Shown here in pieces: positions 1-11,420 of a stretch of DNA of 46,278 nt; positions within the stretch are counted from its first letter, which is position 1, and each line of letters starts with the position of its first letter. Location of the stretch: positions 36,349,548 to 36,395,825 of the forward strand of contig NC_068983.1 in assembly GCF_001194135.2 (NCBI RefSeq), read 5' to 3'. The translations under genes were made by a program, and so were the position numbers. Below the pieces are notes generated by a model. It was not told where the DNA came from, did no database searches, and worked only from the letters and a program-made list of their open reading frames with translations. Source of the stretch: Octopus bimaculoides (lineage: Eukaryota).

Positions 1-47
<47 letters not shown>

Positions 48-51
48 TACA
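1..51. repeat. (AT)n(AC)n microsatellite, representative of many
   Basis: Other arrays include (CT)(AT) 5571-5627, (GT) 5815-5868, poly-A 8327-8355, (GA) 17060-17120, 18985-19043 and 43546-43592, (AT) 23404-23499, (GT) 34424-34459. Confidence 0.95.
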
Positions 52-207
52 TGATGGGCTTCTTTCAGTTTCTGTCAATCAAATCTAATCACAAGACTTT
101 GGTCAACCTGTAGCTATAGAAGAAGACACTCATGCAAGGGGCCATGCAGAGGGACTGAATTTAAAATTGAAAACAAACTTCTGAATCCCACAACCGTGCC
201 TGCGCCT
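52..207 (-). mobile_element. tRNA-derived CORE-like SINE family B, head and core
   Basis: Reverse complement matches the family B core ...cttctactatagc...gatttg..gacagaaactgaaagaagcccatc, followed by (TG/TA)n. Confidence 0.65.
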
Positions 208-342
208 ACAAGTAACTTTGAAGGTTGAGAAAATATAATTAGAAATACCTTAAATTTGAATAGTGATAACAAATAATAAACCCATGTAAAAGAAATTGAT
301 ATAAAGAATGATAGTAATGTGATTCCATATATGGACACTTAC

Positions 343-483
343 AGAAGCATTTCTCACGATGTCTCTCCAGCTATTCTCAAGAAGAGATGGCGGCAAGTCA
401 ACAACGTCCTCAGAGCTCACAGATGGCAGCTTATGGACATAACGTTTCAGTATATCATACATCTGCTCAAGTTTATCTTTGTC
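343..483 (-). CDS. PLEKHG5: Internal coding exon of a PLEKHG5-like RhoGEF (segment just before the DH domain)
   Basis: Acceptor ttatatttattttacag and donor gtaagt bound a 141-nt phase 0-0 open frame DKDKLEQMYDILKRYVHKLPSVSSEDVVDLPPSLLENSWRDIVRNAS. This resembles, from memory, PLEKHG5 DKMEQL..LHTY...LEDSWRELI. The exon is well supported; orthology (PLEKHG5/6/7 group) is not searched. Confidence 0.65.
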
Positions 484-2039
484 CTGTAAAATAAATATAA
501 TAAAAATGGTTAATATACACTAATAAGAACAAAGTAATTCAAATATAAAGGAAGCAAGAAGGGAAAAAAAATGAACAAAAATGACAAAATATGTGAACTT
601 TAAATGTCTGTAAATATATTTGCCAGATCATCTTTCTCACATTATGTAAAATGAACTCGTTAACTATCGTAAAAATATAATATCTTAATCTCGAAATGAT
701 TTTATAAATAACAGATGTCGTCAAGTGTAGGAAAAACAGCTTGGAAAGATTGAATGGTGGAAAGATAATCAAGAAGTAATTATTCAAAGAGAAAGACACA
801 ACTGAAATACAATCAACAGCACAAAGAAATTTTACCAGTAACATTAAAGGAGAGATTGGCACAATGTAAAAGAATGTTCAAATATATGCTTGCTTCTCTA
901 AGTTTATAAAGCAATATAAACAAACCATCAAAACAAAAGAAAGGATTATTCTTAATAATTAAGATTATGATTATTTTTGGTATGATATTATCACTGAAGG
1001 AATGAAGATTGGCTAAGGTATCTCACTTAAAATATGTTTTGGCTTGATAACAGAACCAGAGAAGGTAAAATATATTCAGATCAAGTGCAATTTGGCAAGA
1101 TATACAATCCGGGTAGTTTTGATATGATATAAATGCAAAGACATATTATAATGGGAGTTATTTACATTTAGATAGAAGAGAAGAGAGATAAGATATAATG
1201 ATACTTGGCCTTAAAGAAAAAAAAAATCAGTAAAGTCTTTGAATATGTCTGACAGGAGAATCTACTGGCAAAGTTGGCCCACCTACTAGCTTCATCCATC
1301 ACTAACCAACTGGATTGAAAGATTTCAGACAGTTTATTTAATTGCATCTTCTGTGAAGAGTGTTTTCTCTCATCTTTTATATTATTGACTTAAGAATGCT
1401 CCAAAACTCAATGAGAAAACTTTTTTAGTGATACTGCCAGGCAAAAAAAAAAAAAAAAAAAAATGCACGCAGCACACTCTGAAAAGTGGTTGGAAAATGA
1501 GCAAAGAAAGCACAGTGTTATCAGGTCCGTTTATTTCTGTCTCAATCTGGCGACTATTGAACTTCTCTAATGTTGGTGTCATGAGGAAATGGATTCAGTA
1601 CACTCTGTGAGGTGGTTGGCAAAAGGGAGAGCATCCAGCTGTAAAAACCAAGCCAAATAACATGTACCAGCACCAGTCTATGGGAAACAGTGGCTCCCCA
1701 ATAAGAACTGACTCAGCCCATGACAATTCATCCGACCAATGCCAGCATGGAAAGAAAGAAAAGTGCTCTGGACATTACTGTTGCAAATTCAATGACTCAT
1801 AGGGCCAGTTACCCATATTCCATGGTGGGCAAGTGACTGACATCACAATATTCACCCCTGAATGAAACACCAGAGGGAGAAAGAGAACAAGTACAGTGAT
1901 AGCAAGAATACAGTTACATGATGTTACATAATAAATATAGAAAAACCACAACAAGAGTAAAACCTCACAGAGCTCTACATCAGAGTCCTACTGCTCAAGT
2001 TTTAAGAAAAGTGTATTGAGATCCATGGTTCTTGAAGTT

Positions 2040-2180
2040 ATTCTTTTACATTTGAGTGGACTGGAGCATTATAAAATAAAGTGTTTTGCTCAAGAACACA
2101 ACACATTGCCCAGTCTGGGTATCAAAACCGTGATCTTGTGATCGTGAGGACAATACTGATCACCAGGCCATGTGCTTCTA
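2040..2180 (-). mobile_element. tRNA-derived SINE family C, partial
   Basis: Core gtgttcttgagcaaaacactttatttt...gctccagtccactca. Confidence 0.7.
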
Positions 2181-2302
2181 CACCAGCATGTAATGAAGAT
2201 GTAAAATGATGATGACATTTATTTCAAAAGTTTTAAATACATGACTTCATATTTTATCTCACTGTACAGCATTTTAGTTGCCTTTTAATTTTTTTTTTTT
2301 TA

Positions 2303-2942
2303 GGAACCTGTGGAAGAGAGAGACCCAGGAAGACATGGAATGAGGTGGTGAAGCATGACCTTCGAATATTGGGCTTCACAGAGACAATGACAGGAGACCG
2401 GGACCTTTGGAGATATGCTGTGATTGAGAAGACCCGGCAACTAAAGTGAGATTCTGTTAAGAATACCCCCAATGCATTGGGGGATATGATATGCTTGAGA
2501 AGACCTGTTGAGTCAAGTAAAACCAATATTGTAGCTGGGGTTGGTGTCCCCTAACTGGCTCCTGTGCCGGTGGCACATAAAAAGCACCATCCAAATGTGG
2601 TCAATGCCAGGTCTGCCTGACTTGCTCCCATGCTGGTGATACGTAAAAAGCACCAACTGAACGTGGCGAATGCCAGTACCCCTTGACTGGCTTGTGCTGG
2701 TGGCATGTAAAAAGCACCATCCAAATGTGACTGATGCCAGGTCTGCCTGACTGGCTCCTGTGCTGGTGGCACGTAAAAAGCACCCACTACACTCTCAGAG
2801 TGGTTGGCATTAGGAAGGGCATCCAGCTGTAGAAACTGCCAGATCAAACTGGAGCCTGGTGCAACCTCTGGCTCTCCAGACCTCAGTCAAACCATCCAAC
2901 CCATGCCAGCAAGGAAAATGGACATTAATCAATAATGATGAA
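2303..2942 (+). mobile_element. 5'-truncated RTE-clade LINE: ORF C-terminus, 3' UTR and (GAT)n tail
   Basis: 2303-2449 reads GTCGRERPRKTWNEVVKHDLRILGFTETMTGDRDLWRYAVIEKTRQLK*, the RTE GRPxKxW..D....G.....DR..WR terminus. It is followed by about 65-bp tandem units and the taggaagggcatccagctgtagaaa...aatgatgatg end. Confidence 0.85.
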
Positions 2943-4110
2943 TACAAGATATGTGAATGAAAGTTTGATAGGCAGGCACTCTAAGGACGTCTGTTGAAAC
3001 CATTCCTATTAATGGGTGGAAGTACTAAGTCAGTCACCAGATAGGATGAAAAGTAAGTCAGACAAAATGCTGCAAAGCATTTTGTCCAGTATGCTAATGA
3101 TTCTGCTAGCTTGCCGCCTTACCAATCAAAAGTAATAATGAAAAAATAGAAAGAAAGAAAAAAAATCTAGCACTTTAACAAAAGTGTCATGGCCAATATA
3201 ACTGGGTATCAACCTCCTTACTAAAAGATTAATCACATTTATCCTGTCAGCTGCACCCTGGTTCTGTGTCCATGACCAAGCTACTAAACAACATTCACTG
3301 ACCCAGCCTATTTAGTTATAAATAGGTACTAGTAGATAGAGTTCATTATTGAACCTTGTTCTTCATCTATAGTTGTCTATATTTGCCTGGTCAGATATTC
3401 TCCTCATTGTTAATAAATAACATTCCAAACTATTAAGGAAACAAACACAGCTGTGATTTAACAATCATATATTTAGTTCAGCAAGGGAAACAGAACCCAT
3501 GAATAAACCACAGTAATTTTTATCAGCTAAAAAGTGCTGATCTAGCAGACTAGTTTTGTATCTCATTAAAGACTCATCAAGGATTGTTAAGCTTATATCT
3601 TCCCTTATATGCTTCGGAGTTTATGAAGAACAGATTTTCTTATATGGAATGTAAACAAAATCATGACAAACAACAAAATTTATATAATGGTAGAAGTTTG
3701 ACATTTGAGTATTAACAAATATATGAACACATCATTGTTATGAATAAATGGTTCAGTAAGCATAGGGAAAGATTCACAAACAGTCAAACACTTGATGCTT
3801 GGTGTAACATAAATAGGTACCTTTTTTTAAACACAATTTTTGTTTACATATCAAGAGATTACAAACTGACAGATATTGACTGAGTATGTACAACACACCC
3901 ATAAATAATAATGCTTTCTGTATGAACCAATTAAGGAGGTTCTACATTGTTCATTGACTTGCTATAAATAACAGTTAAGTCTCTTTAAAACCACACCCTA
4001 CTATCTCCAAAAGAAAGCATGTAGAGCTCATGAGTAGAGTAGTTTTGATCATAAATCTGCCATATCAGCACTGACTGACCTGATGCTAAAACAAAAACAG
4101 CAAAAATACC

Positions 4111-4396
4111 TTGGCACTCCATCGGTTATGATGATGAGGGTTCCAGTTTATCTCGTCAACTGAGCAACTGGCTGGCTGTGTACTCCACAGACATGTGTAC
4201 CTTAACGGAGTTCTCAGGGAGATTCAGTGTGACACAGAATGTGACAAGGCTGGCCCTTTGAATTACAGGTACAACCTATTTTTGCCAGCTGAGTGGACTG
4301 GAGCAATGTGAAATAAAGCATTTTGCTCAAGGACACGATGCACCATTAAACACCAAACTCGTGACCATACTAAACCACTATGCTACCTACCCTCTT
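4111..4396 (-). mobile_element. SINE family C, full length (tail alpha)
   Basis: Head, CORE-like gtgtccttgagcaaaatgctttatttcacattgctccagtccactcagctgg, tail ending ...ggagtgccaa. Confidence 0.85.
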
Positions 4397-4819
4397 GACC
4401 TGATACTAAACAGCAACAATGAACCAACAATATGGTCTTTTTTTGAGTTGCTGCTTTAAAAAAAAATGTAGTCAGTTCTCACTCAAATGGCACCCTACCA
4501 TATAAAAAGGACACATTAGATAATGTATTCTAAAATGGACTATCAAATAAAAGTTAAATGCTTTTGACCTTAATGAAGGTTTACCTAGGGCTATGACACT
4601 CTTGTGAGTGTAGCTCTCATTCTTTCTTCCTCTCCTTCTCTCTCTCTCTCCATCTGAAGATGGTAAGTTCTTGCCAGTATAATGAGAGGACACTTTTATT
4701 GAGGTTTCTGTTGCTTCCATCTGTTCTGCATATTCCCCAACTGATCTACCACCCAATACACACCGTTTCTTTAGACACCATCTCATCCAAACAAGCCATA
4801 GCTAATTCAAAGTTGTTTA

Positions 4820-5111
4820 TGGATGCACCTAGAAAGTTCCCTTTCAACGCACAAGTCCAGGCAAGACCAGCAGTTGCCCATGCATACCAACCTCCCCTCT
4901 TCTCACCACTGATATTATCCAAGGGAAAGGCAAAGGCTGATACAGCTTGGCACCAGTGATGTTGCAACTCATTTCCACAGCTGAGTGGACTGAAGCAACA
5001 TGAAATAAAGTGTCTTGCTCAAGAACATAACAGAGCCAGGTCCAAGAATTGAACTCACTACCTCATGATTGTGAGCCTGATGCTCTAACCACTAAGCCAT
5101 GCGTCTTCACA
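4820..5111 (-). mobile_element. SINE family C with a different tail (beta)
   Basis: Same head and core as 4111-4396. The tail (cagcctttgcctttcccttggataa...gaactttctaggtgc) differs and recurs at about 16555-16615. Confidence 0.75.
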
Positions 5112-5591
5112 TGATTTACTAGGTATAGCTGCCAGATCTCCTTCGAATCATACCCAACTGTTTTTGAAAGGTTAAGACATGAATAATGTGGAAGGAATGA
5201 TCATTGACAAGAGATTTTGGATCACAAATTGTCTTAATAAGTAATGAAAGCAATGAATAACTAAACTCAGTAAGTTTATATTTTGACTTCAAAATATTTT
5301 TGTAACTCCTGGGCCAAAACAAGAAAGCATCCAACTACCCTTCCTTATTATTATTTCAATAAAAACTTAAGGTTGCTAGCTAAACAACCACAACTACTGA
5401 ACAGTAATGCTGTCTTATGATGTACACTGTAATATATAGAAACTTCAAAGCTATATTGTGTGGCATATATAATACAGTAAGTGCTAATATAGTATAATAC
5501 AATAAGTACAATAAAGTAATAGTATATAACACAATAAATTTATAGTTGTATATTATATATCTATAAATCTCTCTCTCTCTCTCTCTCTCTC

Positions 5592-5629
<38 letters not shown>

Positions 5630-5812
5630 CTAGATCTATGAACTAAATTTCATATTAAAAAATTAAAAAATAGATTAAACTGATTAAAACTATCAGTGAA
5701 GTCATTCTTTTATTTAATATATATATATATCATTATCATTTAATGTCCACCTTCCATGCTGGCATGGGTGGGATGGTTTGACAGGAGTCAGTCAGGTAGA
5801 AACCTGTGACTG

Positions 5813-5865
<53 letters not shown>

Positions 5866-5883
5866 CATGTGTAGATATTTATA

Positions 5884-6243
5884 TTTTATCTTTTATTTGT
5901 TTCAGTCTTTAGATTGTGGCCATGCTGGAACACCACATTAAAGAATTTTAGTTGAACAAATCAATCCCAGTACTAATTTTTTTAAAAGTCGGTTCTTATT
6001 CTATTGGTCTCTTTTGCTGAACCACCATGTTACAAGGATCTAAACAAACCAACACCAGTTGCCAAGCAGTGGTGGGGGACAAAATACAGACATAAAGACA
6101 CACATACTATATACAACAGGCTTCTTTAAATTCCCGTCGACAAAATCCACTCAGTAGGCTTTGGTCGGCCCGAGGCTATAGTAGAAGACATTTGCTCACC
6201 CATGCGGTTCGGAAGGAAACCTCTTACTACACAGCCACACCTG
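5884..6243 (-). mobile_element. SINE family B, near full length
   Basis: Head tggctgtgtagtaaga, core gcaaatgtcttctactatagcctcgggccgacc, tail ...gttccagcatggccacaatc...aaacaaataaaaga. Confidence 0.85.
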
Positions 6244-6844
6244 ACAAAATAGATCTTAGACATGTAAGATGCATGACAATCTTGCTAGTACTGGTGCCTT
6301 GAAACAATGGCACCCAGTACATTCTATAAAATGGTTCACATTTTAGGAAGAGTATCCACTTATAGAAACAATGCCAAAGTGAACAATCGGGCTGGGTACA
6401 GATCTCTGACTTTTTGGATCCTGCCAAACCATCCAACCCATGCCAGCATGGGAAACAGATACAAAAGCAAGAACAATGATAGTAACTTTGTAGTATATTG
6501 TGAGAGAGTGATATATAGGAAGATATATAGTATGAATATAGTATGTTTATAAGAATATTATATGATGGCGTATGCCTGGCTGGCTCTTGTGGTACTGTCC
6601 CACCCATGCTAACATAGAACACAGACGTATGATGATGTAATATATATATTTATTTATTAATTTGTAAACAAACCTGAAGGCTGTAAATTACAGAGAAGAT
6701 TGTTTAGGCTTAGTTGCTTTAAATAGAGTATATATTATTGTAAATGATATATAATAATAATGATAATCATCATCATCAATAATAATAATTATAATAATAA
6801 TAATAATAATAATAATAATTATATATTTATCTATTTATTTATTA

Positions 6845-6997
6845 TTATTATCTCCGTTTTCTTCCTCTGTTTAGACAAACTTCCTACCTTTTCGGACAAA
6901 ACCTTTTGTAACCTTCGTCCTGTCTTTGTCCTTACATATTTTTAATTGATATTAGCCCTTGTGGCCAATAAAACGAATTAATTATTATTATTATTAT
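6845..6997 (+). mobile_element. Probable LINE 3' end with (ATT)n tail
   Basis: Ends agcccttgtggccaataaaacgaattaattattattatt, flanked by (aat/att)n. Confidence 0.45.
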
Positions 6998-8493
6998 ATA
7001 TATATGTAGTAGGTAACTTTATAAAAAGAATTGGAAAAGTTTGAAGTGGGAAAGAATGGAAAAATGTAGAAGTATGTGTGTGTGTGTGTGTGTGTGTATG
7101 AGAGAGAGAGAGAGAGGAGGGAATGACAGAGAGATAAAGAGAACAAATACAGTAATAGCAAGGATAACTTTATATGATGTTACTTAATAAATAAATAAAG
7201 AAAACCACAAGAATAAAACCCCACAAACCTCTACATCAGAGTCCCACTGTTCAAATTTTAAGAAAAGTGTATTGAGATCCATGGTTTTGAAGTGTCTATG
7301 TCAAAAAATCTTCAAATCATCTTTAATATTTTGATATTTAGAAAAAGAAAAAATACAAAAAAAATCTAATCCAAGTTTCAGAAATTAAGTTTTAGTTTCA
7401 TAAATGTTCATATTTCCGCTGAGTAATTATTTTATGCAATAATGTAGTGTTTTGGGTTGAAAGGAACAATTCTTGTGGAAAGACTGAGTCAAAACGAAAT
7501 GTCAGTATTTCTGTCTGCTTCCAATGGATGCCAAATTTTGTGTTGATTTATACGCAGTTGAGATATGTATTTTATGTATGTATGTATGTACATTTAAAAG
7601 GACAAATGGGAAAAGAATGCCGAATTCACACAACAGAGATTATATATTTGTTCAAAATTTGAAATTCACTCTGCCGCGACTTCAAGTTTCTCACTTTCGT
7701 GTGTTCGTTCAGGTGAGTATAGATATACATACATACATGCATATATGTATATGTTGAAATATTACAGTAGTGGATTCAAGTTGCAAAAGAGTAAACAAAA
7801 CAAAAGGTGACACCTATCAAACTATATCCTGCATATTCAATTGTAATGCACAAAATTCTTTCCAGATAGAGAATTATTAAATACAATAAACATAGGATGA
7901 ATTAAACCACTTGAATGCATCATCATAAATTATGTAATACATATATGTTTTTATATATTCACCGTTAAAAGAAATAACATGGTATTGATATAATAAGCAT
8001 CAGTTTATAGCTAAATCTTGACAATGATTATGATGTTGATAATGACGATGATGATGATGATGAGGATGATGGTGATGATGACTACATAAGGTTGTACACA
8101 TTTCCAGCTATAGTATCTACTTATTACTTTTGTCTGAAATAGCTACTGTCAAGCTGGCTGTGTAAGATTAACCTGATTTAACAGGATTAAGCTTAAGCTT
8201 GAATTTATATGCCCCAAAGAGAAATGAGATTATTTCTATAGACTTCTTTTTTGATTTTTAAAAAAATATTTTTTTTATTTATAGTAAAATCACTAATATA
8301 TAGCTTTTGTTTTGTGTATCAGCTATCAAAAAAAAAAAAAAAAAAAAAAAAAAAAGAAAATCCCAGACAAGCCTTAATAAATATGTTTTAAGAATGAATG
8401 AATGAATCGATGAGACTAATTTAAGGATCCCCAAAGGGCGTTTCTATACCAGTCACTCAAATTAGCAACATAATTTCTATTCTTGGATTTATA

Positions 8494-8872
8494 TCTTTTA
8501 TCTTTTACTTGTTTCATTTGTTAAACCATGGCCATACTGGAGCAAAACCTTGAAGAATTCTAGTCAAACAAATCAACCCCAGTACTTTTTATCCTTTTGG
8601 AAAGCCTGCTACTTATTCTACTTTTGCTAAGTTACAGGAACATAACTGCACCAACATTGGCTGTCATGTAGTGGTGGTGGTGGTGGTGGGGGACAAACAC
8701 ACATAAAGGCACACACACATACATTCTTTCAGTTTCTCTCTACCAAATCCACTCACAAGGCTTTGTCCAGCTCAAGGCTATAGGAGAATACATTTGCCCA
8801 AGGAGCCATAATGGCACTGAACCTAAAACTATGTGGTTGAGAAGCAAGCTTCTTACTACACAGCCATACCTC
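8494..8872 (-). mobile_element. SINE family B, full length
   Basis: Same head, core and tail; the core accttgggcaa resembles the MIR CORE domain. Confidence 0.85.
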
Positions 8873-8905
8873 TCCCATTTTCTTTTCGAGCTTTACAGCT
8901 TATGA

Positions 8906-9641
8906 TTTATTACCTCTGCCTTCACTAAGGCAGAGGTATTGTTTTCAGTCATGTTTGTTTGTTTGTTTGTCCATGGACAAAATATCTCAAGAACCGCTGG
9001 ATGGATTTGGATGAAACTTTCAGGGATGTTTGGCCTCGTGACTGGCATGAAATGATTACATTTTGGGATCAATCTGGTACCGGACAAGGATTCTGGATTA
9101 TTTTTTATATTTTCTTTACATGTATATGTAAAGTTTCACATAGTTCGCTTGTACAGGTACACACATACACACATTTTTAGCACTGAACATTACACACACA
9201 TGCACACAAACATACCTCTCTTTTACACACACATATACTCACACTTCAAACACCATTTATCATTTTTTTCACCCCTTCCTTCGTTATTCATCTACCACCC
9301 CTTCCTTTCTCATTCATATGGTGCTCTCTTTGCCACTTTGTTTCGTTTTTCTCATTGTCATTACTTTCTCTTGCTCCCTCTCAGCCATGGCTATTACTCT
9401 CACTACTTCTCCTTCACTGTATTAGTATTTCATCTCCTCTCCCTTCACCTCTCACTCAATATATATATATTTGGATTATTTTCCCGTTTGAGAGCATTTG
9501 GGTTCATTTTTAGTATTCTTTTTTGTGACAGCAGTCGATTTTATTTCAGATATTCTCATTTTAAAAATCATCCCTGGTTAATCATTGAGAGGACGTTTGG
9601 TGTTGCCTTGGCAGAGGTTTGCACTCACTGAGTGCTCCTGT
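8906..9641 (+). mobile_element. Non-autonomous Helentron-associated (DINE-1/HINE-like) element with internal insertion
   Basis: 5' palindrome tacctctgcctt-cact-aaggcagaggta, (gttt)n-gtcc microsatellite, 3' subterminal inverted repeat ccttggcagaggt and terminal hairpin gcactc-act-gagtgc. Confidence 0.75.
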
Positions 9642-9874
9642 TTGATTGTTACCTTAAAAAAAAATTTCAACATCTTTATATCATACAAATAAATTATTCA
9701 TACATTCATCTTTCTCCATTTTCTTTCTTCTAATATTAATATGTATTATTACAATAATCCCTAACATATTGCAGAGACTTTTGCATTATATGATAGTGAT
9801 TAACTAGTGGAATCTTTTGGATTATATAATCCCTAATGTGGATCTAACTTCCTCAAATTGACTATATATATATA

Positions 9875-10242
9875 TTCTTTTATTCTTTTACTTGTTTCAG
9901 TTATTTGACTGTGGTCATGTTGGAGCACCACCTTTAGTCAAGCAAATTGACCCTAGGACTTATTCTTTGTAAGCCTAGTGCTTATTCTATCAGTCTCTTT
10001 TGCCAAACTGCTAATTTATGAGGATGTAAACACACCAGCATCGGTTGTCAAGCAATGTGGTGGTAGTGGGGGAACACAAACATACACATGATGGGCTTCT
10101 TTCAGTTTTTTCCTATCAAATCCACTCACAAAGCTTGAGGCTATAGTAGAAGACATTTGCCCAAGGTGCCATGCAGTGGGACTGAACCTGGAACCATGTG
10201 GTTGGTAAGCAAGCTACTTACCACACAGCTACACCTGCACCT
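9875..10242 (-). mobile_element. SINE family B, full length
   Basis: A-box gtgtggtaagtagc, B-box ggttcagtccc, core ggcaccttgggcaaatgtcttctactatagcc. Confidence 0.88.
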
Positions 10243-11089
10243 ATATCATCATCATCGTCGTCATTTAATGTCCGCTTTCCATGCAGGCGTGGGTTGGAAA
10301 GTTTGACTGAGGGCTGGCGAGCCAGAAAACTTCTTGTTACATATAGCCTTCATCTATACAATTTTGTAAATTACCAAAATGAAACACCTGACTAAACACT
10401 TATAGTGATTGTTTTGTTTTTCACCAGTAATTACACCCTTTTGTAACTTTTGGTTCCAAGTTCTAATCTATGTAAGGTTCACCTTGCAATCTTTCAGGGT
10501 TGATAAAATACATACTGGTAATTACACTGGGGTTAATCTAAGTCAGCTGAACACTTTCCAAACAAAATTAAAACTTATGACCAGTATAAACACATACACT
10601 TTGAAAACCATTCCTGTTTTTCAATGACAACAACTATCACCACCACCACCACTACTACTACCACCACCACAACAACAACAAATGATCAGTGTTGCTACAC
10701 ACACCCAGGTCTCTTGTCTATAGTTTACTTTTAGTTTAATATTCAATAGCAGAACTTGTTTAACAGCTGCACCTATTAAATATCAAATGATTAAAATCTT
10801 CACACCAAGCATTCTTTCAGCATATCTACAGCATATTTAGCTTGGGGCAGGAGTGACTGGGATCAAGGTGGAGCTCATCTTTTACTTAACAATCACATAC
10901 ATGCACACACACACATGGCTGCCGCTATTGCCATTTATTAAGAGACTTTACACTGCATTGTTGTTGATTGATCTAAAAGGTCTTCACAATCATGGTATGC
11001 CCTGCAGCCCAATGATTTTCCCCATGAACCAAAGAATGAAATCACTTGTTTAAATGTAAACCTCCAAGATAGTGAAGAGGAGGTACCAT

Positions 11090-11420
11090 CATCAACATCC
11101 TCCAAATTCCATTTTCCATGCTGGCATGGGTTGGATGGTTTGATAGCAGCTGGTCAGTCGGAGAACTGTCCAGGCTCCAATTGTCTGTTTTGGTATGTTT
11201 TCTATGGCTAGGTGCCCTTCCTAACACCAACCACTTTACTTTCTATGTGGAACTGGCATGGGTGCTTTTTACATGGTGCCATTATGGGTGCTTTTTACAT
11301 GACACTGTCATGGATCGGTTTTATGTCACTCTGGTATGGGTGCTTCTTACGTGGCACCAGTATGGATGTTTGTTTATGTGGCACCGGCATGGGCACTTTT
11401 TACATGACACCAGCACCATA
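11090..11420 (-). mobile_element. RTE-type 3' end
   Basis: ttccatgctggcatgggttggatggtttg...gcccttcctaacaccaacc. Further copies at about 1596-1760(+), 5730-5790(-), 6280-6475(+), 10245-10325(-), 20430-20600(-), 32745-32935(+), 39395-39560(-), 44625-44800(-). Confidence 0.8.

Noticed and set aside
2553-2790. Regularly spaced repeats suggesting a CRISPR-like array
   Set aside because: Eukaryotic DNA, no unique spacers; these are tandem units within a LINE 3' UTR.
4472-4967. Protein-like minus ORFs (GASINNFELAMACLDEMVSKE..., RSVGEYAEQMEAT...)
   Set aside because: The apparent acceptor at 4828 lies in the SINE C tail, the frame stops after 27 codons, and no good donor fits. At most a very old LINE remnant.
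9149-9631. 160-aa plus ORF
   Set aside because: Made of a CT/CA low-complexity insert and HINE sequence.
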